Assembly: GCA_051985995.1 (NCBI GenBank)
Contig: JBPYDU010000044.1
Span: forward strand, 2,794 to 66,793
DNA: 64,000 nt
Source: Candidatus Nitrosopolaris sp.
GTDB lineage: Archaea > Thermoproteota > Nitrososphaeria > Nitrososphaerales > Nitrososphaeraceae
Direction: 5' to 3'
The translations under genes and the position numbers were made by a program. Positions 51,111 to 60,981 of this stretch are shown piece by piece; the stretch's first letter is position 1; each line of letters starts with the position of its first letter. The notes under the pieces were generated by a model. It saw nothing but the letters and a program-made list of their open reading frames with translations. It searched no databases and was not told the DNA's origin.

Positions 51111-51719
51111 CTAATCAGCTCGTGGTGCGTCGTGTAACTCAGAAAGTTCTTTTGTTAATTCTTCTCCGTTATTCAATGATGCCTCACTAATAAACTTCAA
51201 AGCCCTTTCATTTGCTGTTTGAAAGTTTATACTGTATCCTCCTAATTGGGCAGCATCTACCAGGACAACTTCCAACAGTTCACAAATATAACATAGTTCC
51301 TGACGAGACTCAGGCACGCATGGAATCAATGAAGAGCGAATATTCTTAAGTATTGCAACGGCAGGGCTTAATACGATTACTATATCAGCGAGATCTGATA
51401 CATTCCTCAATTGATTTGCCAATCTATCGAGTAATATTTTTGAGACTCTAGTGATTTCGTTCCGTTTTCGTGTTAGGTATTCCGAGGTGTACATATTAGA
51501 ATAATGACCTGTAATATTTTTGACTAGATGCGGATCCTCGCTTCGATTGATGTGGTCATCCTTTGATATCGATTGACTCATTATTTGTTCAAGCTCGGTA
51601 ATGTGATTTCGAATTGCATCGATTCTTGGTTGTAAAGACACATCGTATTTTGTCGAATCGTACATGCCGTTGGTTCCTGATTTACGTTCTGAAGTTACCC
51701 ATCTGGATTTGGATTCCAT
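51111..51719 (-). CDS. cdvB: Divergent ESCRT-III/CdvB (Snf7-like) paralogue
   Basis: NVSDLADIVIVLSPAVAILKNIRSSL...VPE..QEL..I.ELL..VLVDA.QLGGYSINF.TANE.A resembles the thaumarchaeal CdvB core; lies upstream of cdvC. Confidence 0.7.
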   Translation of the reverse strand: MESKSRWVTSERKSGTNGMYDSTKYDVSLQPRIDAIRNHITELEQIMSQSISKDDHINRSEDPHLVKNITGHYSNMYTSEYLTRKRNEITRVSKILLDRLANQLRNVSDLADIVIVLSPAVAILKNIRSSLIPCVPESRQELCYICELLEVVLVDAAQLGGYSINFQTANERALKFISEASLNNGEELTKELSELHDAPRAD

Positions 51720-51899
51720 TGGTGTATCTATTTGTCAAACCGACTACCCTCCTAAATACCACGTATGTAATGAATGAATTCGTAACTACGGTTACTATTA
51801 CACAAGGTAACAGCTCAGTATTTTTTTTAACTTTGATGCAATGAATTTAACTATTATCTTTACCTTTAGTCGAAGTCACAATTTTCTGGATAGTTTTCT

Positions 51900-53069
51900 A
51901 TGCACAGAGGACATAACGCTAACGATCTAGTTGGTAGTCTAGAAGAATTAGGCCTATCTAGGTATGAAGCAGGAGCTTATCTCACAATGATTCGTAAAGG
52001 CTCGCTAGCAGCCAGCGAAATCTCATATTACGCAAACTTACCTCGTACGAAAGTGTATTCTACCCTGAAGAAATTGGAAAAAAAAAGATTATCTATAGTC
52101 TCCCAGTCGAAGCCGCTTATATGTAGTGCTATTCCTCCTGAAGAGGCGTTCAGAGATATTGTGAAGCTCTACGAACGCAGGTCAAAGAATATGAAAAAGA
52201 TAGTGGATAGACTCCAGAAGATTACTGAAGAGCAAAAACCTAAAGCTTCCGAGGAAAGGAGGTATTATATCCTAGATCCCAATTCCACATTAGAAAAAAT
52301 GAAGACCCTAATAGCCAATTCAAAGTCCTCTGTTTTGGCAATATTGGACAGCTGGGGAATACAGCTGATAACACAATGTAAATTAGCCATGATCAGGGCT
52401 ATAACCAATGGAGTCAAGATTAGGCTGTTGTTCGCGAATCAATGTATCGGAAATGAGAATCTACCCTCACTTCCGGAAGACGTCGATCTGAAAATTGGAA
52501 ATGTGAGCTCTAATGTAATAATTATCGACTCTAATAATATGGTGGCAGTCGATAGCAGTAACGGGAAAGCTGCTCTTTTTGCATCTATTGACATATTTGG
52601 GTTGTCACAATTGAGAAGTTTCGAGAAAGAGTGGAACAATGCGTTGGAAGTGCGGCAAATTGTAAATATACAACCTCGAATCGTTATGAAAGCAAACAAG
52701 TTAGTTAAGATACTTGAAAATGTAAACATGCATGAACACATCTCTAAAAATTGGGATGAACCTACATCCGCTTTATTAAAGTCGGCACAGAAATTTGGAA
52801 TAGAAATATTTGATATTGAAATCTATGAAATGCTGAGCGTCATCGACTGCGCATTACGTATCAGTTGTTCTGGTGATATAACTCATGACAAACTCAATAA
52901 TATACTAAGTATCCGATCAAAAGTTGGGACTGAACTGGTATCACGCATGGTATTACTCCTTGCATCTTATCTTAAACATGTCGGCAATGATCCAAAGATA
53001 ATACGTGACTTCAAAAACAATGGCATAGAAAATACCATTCATATTAAGCTTTCAAAACCAATCCCCTGA
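51900..53069 (+). CDS. TrmB family transcriptional regulator
   Basis: LEELGLSRYEA.AY, A.EIS....LPRTKVY.TL..L, PP wing, then an effector domain. Confidence 0.9.
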   Translation: MHRGHNANDLVGSLEELGLSRYEAGAYLTMIRKGSLAASEISYYANLPRTKVYSTLKKLEKKRLSIVSQSKPLICSAIPPEEAFRDIVKLYERRSKNMKKIVDRLQKITEEQKPKASEERRYYILDPNSTLEKMKTLIANSKSSVLAILDSWGIQLITQCKLAMIRAITNGVKIRLLFANQCIGNENLPSLPEDVDLKIGNVSSNVIIIDSNNMVAVDSSNGKAALFASIDIFGLSQLRSFEKEWNNALEVRQIVNIQPRIVMKANKLVKILENVNMHEHISKNWDEPTSALLKSAQKFGIEIFDIEIYEMLSVIDCALRISCSGDITHDKLNNILSIRSKVGTELVSRMVLLLASYLKHVGNDPKIIRDFKNNGIENTIHIKLSKPIP

Positions 53070-53153
53070 TTAGATCTAACGAAGGATCAGATTCAGATTT
53101 AGCCTTAATATCTGCGACCAAAACCGCAACAATCTAGGGTTGAAAAATTACTT

Positions 53154-53663
53154 TTAGGGTTTGTCACCTACCACCTTGAACCGTCGTCTGAGCCGAGATC
53201 CACAGATTCTGCACATGCTAATTTCAGATTCGTACGCTTTACCACACGCCTTACAAAACGAGACCCACCTTCTCAACTCACTAATACCCTTGAATGTAAG
53301 TGTTTTGACTGGGATTTTCAACGATGTTGCGACATTCCCGACTGCGTAGTCGTCCGAAATTAGAGTCTTCCTCAGTTGAAACGCAAGAGCAATTACCGAA
53401 ATATCAGCCGGCGAAAGTTTGCGACGATCACCTGTTTCGTTTGCACTACTTATGACCTTATTCAGGGAACTTTTTTCAGGTTGCATAATTATCAAATTAC
53501 CTGCGTCAATTAGGGCCTCTAATGGTGAGTAAGATCTTCTGATGTGTTTTACTTCATCATAAACTCCCCCGGTAGTAAAGCATTTCTTTGAAGAGCGGAA
53601 CGGAATCCCTGCATAAAATGCACTCGAATCCAAAACGAATTCGCTAGAATCCGAGCTTGACAA
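53154..53663 (-). CDS. nob1: Nob1-type PIN endonuclease with zinc ribbon
   Basis: VLDSSAF, EV, LS.ADI, SDDY, CKACG...CRICG. Confidence 0.9.
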   Translation of the reverse strand: MSSSDSSEFVLDSSAFYAGIPFRSSKKCFTTGGVYDEVKHIRRSYSPLEALIDAGNLIIMQPEKSSLNKVISSANETGDRRKLSPADISVIALAFQLRKTLISDDYAVGNVATSLKIPVKTLTFKGISELRRWVSFCKACGKAYESEISMCRICGSRLRRRFKVVGDKP

Positions 53664-54462
53664 TCTGTCTCATGCCTCTTTTTTTCATACGAATGAATTG
53701 TGCGTCATGTGGATGGCGAGAAATTTTCAGAGGTTCATCTGCGATGATTCGGAATATTTCCTGGCCGTCCACTACCAAGCTAATATCATGAGTGCTCTTG
53801 ACTTCGATTTCATCGGGTGGGAGTACCAAATGTGGCATTCTACTCATCGGGGCGATCGGGGAAAGGAGCAATGATTCCAACCTTTCGTATAACACTGGAC
53901 CGCCGATTGAAAATGAGTGCCCTGTGGAGCCTGTTGGAGTAGAGATCACGAGCCCATCCATTCGGTGCTCTATGACGTGATCCATAAGCTTTATAGATAG
54001 CAGAGGCGTTCTCGTCAGATTTACCCTTATTATCATGATATCATTTAAGGCTGCCGGAAAGGTGTTCTCCCTAGTAGCTGCCAGGATTCTTATACGGCTC
54101 TCCTGAAAATACTGTCCTAAAAGTATAGCATTTATGGATTCGTCCAATGAAGCAATTCCTGTTTCCGATAAAATGCCTCTGTTGCCACCAACGTTCACAC
54201 TCAATACAGCTGTCTTCGGTGGAATGTGTCTAAAAGCCCTTAATGTTGTGCCATCCCCACCTATGGCAAAAACCATGTCGAGTTCAAGCTTTTTGAGATC
54301 TTCTGCTTTAACTGATAGACTATCTTCGATTGTCAAGGGGTATACTGCGTATACATTAAGTTTTCGAGGTGCAAGTAATCTCGTGATTCTTCTTGCGGCT
54401 TCCTCGGCTTCAATGCTGTTCGCTTTCGTCATTATGGCCATATTGCTGATTGCTTCAGCCAT
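53644..54462 (-). CDS. nadK: NAD kinase
   Basis: GGDGTTL, LND, DGLVISTPTGSTGHSFSIGGP, VDG. Confidence 0.95.
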   Translation of the reverse strand: MAEAISNMAIMTKANSIEAEEAARRITRLLAPRKLNVYAVYPLTIEDSLSVKAEDLKKLELDMVFAIGGDGTTLRAFRHIPPKTAVLSVNVGGNRGILSETGIASLDESINAILLGQYFQESRIRILAATRENTFPAALNDIMIIRVNLTRTPLLSIKLMDHVIEHRMDGLVISTPTGSTGHSFSIGGPVLYERLESLLLSPIAPMSRMPHLVLPPDEIEVKSTHDISLVVDGQEIFRIIADEPLKISRHPHDAQFIRMKKRGMRQIVKLGF

Positions 54463-54563
54463 TTACCACGCATTCTATATCGCACGATGCTCTTAAATGC
54501 ATTTGGCGATTACGAGCCACACGATTAAATAACACTTATTTTGAGAGATTTCAAACGACAACG

Positions 54564-54637
54564 GGGCCGATAGCTCAGTTTGGTGGAGCGTTCGACTGAT
54601 AATCGAAAGGTCGAGGGTTCAACTCCCTTTCGGCCCA
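54564..54637 (+). tRNA. tRNA-Ile(GAT)
   Basis: GGGCCGA/TCGGCCC acceptor, GCTC/GAGC D stem, TTCGA-CT GAT AA-TCGAA anticodon arm, GAGGG-TTCAACT-CCCTT T arm. Confidence 0.97.
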
Positions 54638-54871
54638 TCAAGTATATGGTCTTTAATAGAAATCCCATATATAGTCTTTAAAATGATAATACGGTGAGAA
54701 TCGATTTAGACGATGTCAGCCACATCCTGCCGCCATTTTCGAAGTCCAGCAGTACCGAAAGGAATTAGTTGCTGCTGTAATACCCCCTCGCTCGCCACAT
54801 CCGACATTGCTGAATAAGCATATATTAAAACTTCACAAGACGAATTAAACTTAATTAGAGGTAGATGGTGG

Positions 54872-55528
54872 TTGTACAAATTGCGGTACATTCCTAATGA
54901 ATATTGGTTTGAGCGTGGAAAGAAGTACAAAGAAGAATTTCGATATAACAAAAACTCTGAATTACAGGAAAGAGTCCTGCTTGATTATTTGAAAAACATT
55001 CCCTCTTCATTTTCGTCCTTTTCAACTGTTCTTGAAGTAGGCTGTGGATTCGGACGTATCACGAAGTTATTGTTATCAAATTTTCCAAATATCCAGGAAT
55101 ATACCGCTATAGATCTATCGCCAGATCAAATAGAGAATGCTAAAGTATTCGTTAAACCCGCGATAGACACAAAAGAGCATAATCCACTTAATTTCATTGT
55201 TTCTGATATTCAGTCTTTTCAAAATGAAAGAAAATATGATTTGGTCATATCGTCTGAAGTTCTTATGCATGTATTACCATCAGAAATTGAAGAGGTCATC
55301 ATTAAAATCGTTGATATGTCAAATGAGCATATTATTAATATTGATTGGTATGAAAGAAAAACACCGTGGAACGCAGCTCCTCATAATTTTATTCACCAAT
55401 ATGAGATGATCTATAGAAATATGTCCACCGTATCGAGAGTTAATCGAATTCCTATAGTGAAGAAGGAATCTTGGCTCAGGTCACTGGACACAAAGCAGTC
55501 TATATTTCATGCTTGGAAGAAACTTTAA
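54872..55528 (+). CDS. Class I SAM-dependent methyltransferase
   Basis: VLEVGCGFGRIT, AIDLSP.Q, SDI, YDLV...EVLMH. Confidence 0.88.
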   Translation: MYKLRYIPNEYWFERGKKYKEEFRYNKNSELQERVLLDYLKNIPSSFSSFSTVLEVGCGFGRITKLLLSNFPNIQEYTAIDLSPDQIENAKVFVKPAIDTKEHNPLNFIVSDIQSFQNERKYDLVISSEVLMHVLPSEIEEVIIKIVDMSNEHIINIDWYERKTPWNAAPHNFIHQYEMIYRNMSTVSRVNRIPIVKKESWLRSLDTKQSIFHAWKKL

Positions 55529-55814
55529 ATCTCATCCTCTGATAGTGGTGGAAGACGTGCAACTAACACCAAATCCAAGCCAAGGTTTTACCTGTGCTCT
55601 GTACCCATGTTGACTCGCTATGCCTTGCCTTGCTACTATGTCCTCATACCAACTGTTCTTAGCTCGATTTACATGGACACACGGTTTTAGAAAATGCCAC
55701 CATAATAATTAGAAAAAGGGTCAAGCAGGTAGTTATAATCAGATTTACGCTGCAATTTCCAAGTTGGCTAGACTAGAGAATGCTTATCTAACCTTTCTCC
55801 TTGATATAGACCTC

Positions 55815-57266
55815 ATGCCGTTCGAAAGCTTAGGGGAATATGTTGAGGCATTGGATCGAGCCGGCGAGTTAAAAAGGATAAAGACGAAGGTAAATCCTGA
55901 TTTGGAGATCGCTGAAATCATGCGCCGGCTGATGTATGCGAAAGGACAACCAGCAGTGTTTTTTGAAAATGTGGAAGGCTCCATCATACCTATCCTTGGT
56001 AATGCCTTCGGGACCATAAAGCGATTACAAATCGCACTAGATCTAGAAGACTTTACAGAAATTGGTAATCGTATAGTAGATCTGACTAAGCTCAGATTTC
56101 CCTCCGGTATGCTTAATAGACTCAAAATGTTGCCGAAACTCTCAGAAATCTCCGACTACGGTCCGAGACAGATAGAAACAGGACCTGTCAAGGAAATAAT
56201 GCAAACACAAGATGCTAACCTGAATTCTTTGCCAATTTTGAAATCATTTCCTAACGATGCCGGCAAATTTATTACGTTCGGACTAACTGTCACGAGACAC
56301 CCCGACACAGGCGTCCGAAACTTAGGTGTTTATAGAATTCAGATTCTTGGCGATAGGAAAGCCCTAATTCACTGGCAGACTCACAAGCGCGGTGCACTGC
56401 ATTACGAAATAACAAAAGAACAGAGAAAACCACTCCAAGTTGCCATCATTGTAGGCGCCGATCCGGCAACTGTTCTTTCTGCGATCGCTCCTGTTCCAGA
56501 AGGAATGGATAAATTCCTCTTTTCCGGTATTATGAGAAAGAAAGGACTGAAGCTCGTAAAATGCAACACGATTGATTTGGAGGTCCCCGCTAACGCCGAA
56601 ATCGTTTTAGAAGGTTATGTGGATCCTTCCGATGTTCGCATGGAAGGCCCGTTCGGTGATCATACTGGCTATTATACCCCATCAGAGCCATTTCCGACCT
56701 TCACACTCACCGGCCTAACTAAAAGAAAAGACCCGATTTACCTGACAACTGTTGTCGGTAAACCAGTTCTCGAAGATGCATATATAGGGAAAGTTATTGA
56801 ACGCTCGTTCTTGCCATTAATCCAGTTATTCCAGCCAGAAGTATTTGACTTCGCCATGCCTGCAGCAGGTTGGTTTCAGGGGTTAGCAATCGTTTCCATA
56901 AAGAAACGATATCCTGGCCAAGCGAAGAAAGTAATGATGGGACTGTGGGGCATGGGCCAGCTATCACTTACCAAAATGTTTGTTGTAGTCGATCAGGATA
57001 TCAATATACATAACCTAGACGAAGTAATATGGGCTATTACAACCAGATCGGATCCTAAACGAGACACTATGGTGATCGACAATACACCCACTGATACGCT
57101 GGATCCGGCCTCACCTTTAGTGAATTTGGGCTCAAAGTTAGGAATTGATGCTACAACCAAGTGGAAGGAAGAGGGATATGCCAGAGAAGTTCAACAACTC
57201 GCTGTGGTTGACGAAGACACAAAGGCAATCGTGGACCGAAACTGGCAAAAATATGGATTCTCTTAG
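55815..57266 (+). CDS. UbiD-family decarboxylase (menaquinone biosynthesis type)
   Basis: N.FGT, NLGVYR, EIVLEG, EGPFGDHTGYY, VVVD.DI, DTLD, GSK.GIDAT; start taken at ATG 55815. Confidence 0.93.
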   Translation: MPFESLGEYVEALDRAGELKRIKTKVNPDLEIAEIMRRLMYAKGQPAVFFENVEGSIIPILGNAFGTIKRLQIALDLEDFTEIGNRIVDLTKLRFPSGMLNRLKMLPKLSEISDYGPRQIETGPVKEIMQTQDANLNSLPILKSFPNDAGKFITFGLTVTRHPDTGVRNLGVYRIQILGDRKALIHWQTHKRGALHYEITKEQRKPLQVAIIVGADPATVLSAIAPVPEGMDKFLFSGIMRKKGLKLVKCNTIDLEVPANAEIVLEGYVDPSDVRMEGPFGDHTGYYTPSEPFPTFTLTGLTKRKDPIYLTTVVGKPVLEDAYIGKVIERSFLPLIQLFQPEVFDFAMPAAGWFQGLAIVSIKKRYPGQAKKVMMGLWGMGQLSLTKMFVVVDQDINIHNLDEVIWAITTRSDPKRDTMVIDNTPTDTLDPASPLVNLGSKLGIDATTKWKEEGYAREVQQLAVVDEDTKAIVDRNWQKYGFS

Positions 57267-57295
57267 CTAGTGATTCCAACCCTCATTTGCATGAC

Positions 57296-57547
57296 TTATG
57301 ACGTCCCTCTGTCTGCGCCTTCAATTGCTATTAGCGTAACGGTAGACTTGATATCAGAAATTTTTTTGAGACGCCACTTTATAGTTTCTTTCAACTCATC
57401 CACGCTTGCCTGGTTTAACTTTACCAATATATCGTATGCTCCATGCACCTCTGAAACTTCCAATAGTCCCGCTAGGTCGCTTAGGTCCCTTATAACTTCA
57501 GTTTTATGATCGAGGTCACAATTGATTAGCACGTAAGCTGTAGGCAT
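57296..57547 (-). CDS. Stand-alone Lrp/AsnC ligand-binding (RAM) domain protein
   Basis: AYVLIN, EV.GAYDILVK, I..I.STVTLI. Confidence 0.9.
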   Translation of the reverse strand: MPTAYVLINCDLDHKTEVIRDLSDLAGLLEVSEVHGAYDILVKLNQASVDELKETIKWRLKKISDIKSTVTLIAIEGADRGTS

Positions 57548-57639
57548 CGCTCTTTTGTCTCACAATATATCGAGGGGACTAATTAAGCATTGGCTTCAGC
57601 AAAGACGAGAAATGTAAATTTTTAGAAGGGTTCTAAGCT

Positions 57640-59079
57640 TCACCATCGCAGCTTTATTAGATTTTGTCCTCCCGCCTTTGTGATCTCGATTAATCCCTCT
57701 CTCTGAAGTCTCTTCACCAATCGCCAAATTGTAGTTTTTGGTAACAGAAACTTATTACGCAGTTCACTCTCAAACGCTGTGCCATCCTTCTCGGCTAAAT
57801 ACAAGAGAACGGCTTGGTCCTCAGGTCGAAGGTGAGGCTTCTCGGCAAGAATTCGTGTTAGCATTCGCGAAAGCACATATCGTTCCATCGTGGTTGCCGG
57901 GATAACCGGCTCATCCGGTATTGGCGTCGATGGTTTTGGTATTAACGATGAGGGGCGAGGTGAGGGGCGGCTATTAGATGTAATATCAGATAACGGGTCG
58001 CTTACAGAATCATGCTCATCTTCAACCTGCAAACGTTTCGGTATTATTTTTTTTCTAAGTACAATGACTACGACCGTACCCCCTAACGCGATGCCTCCTA
58101 TGATCCCATATACTGGAAATGAATTAGAAGGGTTGTTGCCAATCGATGTAATCGCTTCACCAACTAGCACTTTGACCATGTTGTAGTGGCCTTTAGAGAA
58201 ATCGGTCTCTGCCTGAGAAAGCAATGCTGTAGCTGCACTGGTATCGTACCCATTTTCAGCCGCTTTTCTCATCTGCTGTTCTCCTGCTTCAATCGCGTTT
58301 TGGGATGCAGCATAGCCTCTTGTGCTATTGACAGTTAGATCGTTCGCTAGCGTGCTAAATTTTTCTGCGTCTGAATATTTTTTGGTAGATTTAGAGATCA
58401 ATGCCTGCTCGAGAAGGCTTTGTGCATCTGCCAATATTATTCCTGGATATCTGTTCCTTGCATCCTTGATTGCAGTAACTGCAGATTCGACACTTGCATT
58501 CGCCTGAGCTTCCGTTCCAAAATATCCAATTACATAGCTAATTTGGATATGCCCAGGATGAAAAGTAAGTAATCCTTGTTCACCAATTTGAGTGACAGAT
58601 GTCGGAAATTGGTTGCCCAAGTCAATGATCGTCGAATTCGTGGGTAGTTTTAAGGAAAAACCAGTAGTGGAATTGAACGAAAAGGTCCATGTTCTTCCCT
58701 GCTTATTAACAAGATCTGGAGTTTCATATGATAACCGGGCATTAGAGATACCGGTAGAGTTTATTACCACCTGCCCTAGCTGCTGACTAGATTGGTATTC
58801 TATCGATTTGCCCTTGTAATCCATTACATTTAGACCATTAACTGTCTTTCCATAGAGAACTACTGCTGTGTTGGGGAGTAACGGATTGACAACTACGTCT
58901 TGTTCTATTAGAGCAGTGCCATCTGATAAGAGGGCGACAAAAAGTGAACTTATAGAATACTTGTCCGCCTTGGTTTGCTGAAACGTGTACGTATTTTTTT
59001 GCTCAGAAGCCATAACAACTAATACTAAAGTGAATACTATCCCACACGTAAGAAACGTTTTTCTCCGGTTGTTTGCCAT
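57640..59079 (-). CDS. Membrane-anchored protein with extracellular domain and C-terminal winged HTH (COG2512-like)
   Basis: N-terminal signal/TM, second TM (VYGIIGGIALGGTVVVIVL-RKK), Pro-rich linker, ESELR....LPKTTIWRLVKRL...GLIEI.K.G.QN. Confidence 0.85.
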   Translation of the reverse strand: MANNRRKTFLTCGIVFTLVLVVMASEQKNTYTFQQTKADKYSISSLFVALLSDGTALIEQDVVVNPLLPNTAVVLYGKTVNGLNVMDYKGKSIEYQSSQQLGQVVINSTGISNARLSYETPDLVNKQGRTWTFSFNSTTGFSLKLPTNSTIIDLGNQFPTSVTQIGEQGLLTFHPGHIQISYVIGYFGTEAQANASVESAVTAIKDARNRYPGIILADAQSLLEQALISKSTKKYSDAEKFSTLANDLTVNSTRGYAASQNAIEAGEQQMRKAAENGYDTSAATALLSQAETDFSKGHYNMVKVLVGEAITSIGNNPSNSFPVYGIIGGIALGGTVVVIVLRKKIIPKRLQVEDEHDSVSDPLSDITSNSRPSPRPSSLIPKPSTPIPDEPVIPATTMERYVLSRMLTRILAEKPHLRPEDQAVLLYLAEKDGTAFESELRNKFLLPKTTIWRLVKRLQREGLIEITKAGGQNLIKLRW

Positions 59080-59156
59080 ATTGAAATAATATTATGGAGG
59101 TATCACAATTGCGGAGTGTCTAAGAAATACATAAAATGAATTGAACACCGCCCAAG

Positions 59157-60923
59157 TTAGCTCTCATCTTGGACTACCTCTACGGCTTTGTCTTGCATTT
59201 CTTTTGCGCTCGGATAGAATGCTTTTAATTCTCTCATAGTGTAATCTTCAATCCACCTGAACTTGCGCTGAAGTGTGGAAGTGTATATTTTTTTCCAGTC
59301 GAGCCCAACGTAAGCCATCCATGACTTCATGACCCTAGGATCAACGTAGTTTCTCAAAGACGTGCCAAGGTTGTAATCACGGGTATTTTTCTGTAGTTTT
59401 AGCTGCAACTCAACCCTTTCTAATCTTTGCTCCAGTTTATTCTTTTGAATTTCAGTTTTCCATTTTTTAGCTTCGATATCGCGCTTTAGCTTCTCGATTG
59501 TTTCTCGCTTTTTCAGCAATGAATTTTCGTATCTTTCTATAGCCTTTTTACTAGCGGGGTTATTTGGATCGATGCCTTTTTTGTGGTTACAGGTAACAGC
59601 TGCTTTCAGATTGGCCATTTTGGCTACATAGATTTTCCGTGCTTCGGGTGACTTCTCATTAATCCTTAAGGGTGGGTTTGCTAGTGATTCCTTCACTGTT
59701 CTTGTAGTCGTAAAAGTTCTAAAGACTTTTGCAGTTAATCCTGGTACACTTTTGGGATCAATACTTCGAAGGAAGGCATTAACTTTGCTGGAAGTGATTC
59801 CATCAAAAATCTGAGAGCCTGGCTGCTTCCCCTTCATGAATAACTTAAGGTTGTCGTAGAGGCCCTTTGTATCTTGAGAATCAACCAAGAGTGTTTTTTG
59901 CCATGGAACGCTGTCTTTACCCAAAAAGTTGAACTCTACACAAATTTGTCCATCACTTTCTGGGAATTTGATATGTTCTACTCGCAAAGTTGAAGCACCT
60001 ACAGTATCGGACTCTTCTGGATCTTTTTCGTCACCCACTCTCATATTGAGCTTAAATATGAGGTAAGCGACGCTAGCGATCTTCTTTTGATTAATTTCAG
60101 TTGATCTGAGCATCCTCCGAATAATTTCTTTTTGCACTTTATTGATGTGCTTTCCTAATTTGTTGGCCTTATCGTATTTTTCTTTTTCGTTATTCTGCCT
60201 AAGGGTAGCAGAGTCATGTAACCAGACGTACTTTCTTTTACCGGTTAACTTTTCTGTCCAGGTTGCAAGCCAAGTCGACGAATGATCGTGTACTATATCT
60301 TGCCACGTTCCTTCGGGCACAGGAGCATCTTCCCCAAGATTAAGTATGACATCTTGAGGTCGTATGCGTGGTTTCCATCTTCCTCGCAGAGGGTGCTGGC
60401 CTCTGCCCATAAACAATCCTGGCGGTTCGACTAGCCAGTTGGCTATATCCACTTCAACATCATCTACGATGGCTTTGGCATAAGCTGCTTTCAGTTTTTC
60501 TTTTTCTAACCGTTTTGAGAGAGTCAGGCTTCGTTTCTCCTCCAGGGGAAGGTTTCGAACTCTCTCCAGCTCGGACTCACGCACTTTCTTTTCGTGATCT
60601 ACTAGTTGAAAGGCTTCGGAGAAGTCAATAACGTCTATTTTATTAATAGTTTGAAAATCAATCGGCAGCAATTTTTTCAGGTCACTCAAAAAATTGAGCT
60701 GAAAAACACGATCTAGTATATAATGGGTATCTTTTTTCTTTGCCCATGCGTAAACCAATTCTTCTTGGGCTGGATCGAGGCGTAAGGTTCTTCCATCAAT
60801 AATAATGCTTAGCCGTCTTGCTTGATAGAGAGGAGGAAATGCTACACCATTATGTTGGAGCGTATGCCATTTTGCACGGAGTACGGTAGAGGTGGTTGTA
60901 GCCGATTCCATCGAATTTAACAC
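59157..60923 (-). CDS. DNA topoisomerase IB, eukaryote-like
   Basis: KWHTLQHNGV.FPP, EPPGLF.GRG.HP..G, and catalytic residues in MRVGDEK, FLGKD, AKVFRT, CNH and SLRNYVDPR. Confidence 0.96.
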   Translation of the reverse strand: MLNSMESATTTSTVLRAKWHTLQHNGVAFPPLYQARRLSIIIDGRTLRLDPAQEELVYAWAKKKDTHYILDRVFQLNFLSDLKKLLPIDFQTINKIDVIDFSEAFQLVDHEKKVRESELERVRNLPLEEKRSLTLSKRLEKEKLKAAYAKAIVDDVEVDIANWLVEPPGLFMGRGQHPLRGRWKPRIRPQDVILNLGEDAPVPEGTWQDIVHDHSSTWLATWTEKLTGKRKYVWLHDSATLRQNNEKEKYDKANKLGKHINKVQKEIIRRMLRSTEINQKKIASVAYLIFKLNMRVGDEKDPEESDTVGASTLRVEHIKFPESDGQICVEFNFLGKDSVPWQKTLLVDSQDTKGLYDNLKLFMKGKQPGSQIFDGITSSKVNAFLRSIDPKSVPGLTAKVFRTFTTTRTVKESLANPPLRINEKSPEARKIYVAKMANLKAAVTCNHKKGIDPNNPASKKAIERYENSLLKKRETIEKLKRDIEAKKWKTEIQKNKLEQRLERVELQLKLQKNTRDYNLGTSLRNYVDPRVMKSWMAYVGLDWKKIYTSTLQRKFRWIEDYTMRELKAFYPSAKEMQDKAVEVVQDES

Positions 60924-60981
60924 ACAAAAGACCCTCGCTACTATTCTTAAACCTTACCCGAAAAGTGTTAATATCCTCGGT

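Noticed and set aside
59157-60923. Eukaryote-like topoisomerase IB as a novelty
   Set aside because: Already an established hallmark of Thaumarchaeota; reported as a feature only.
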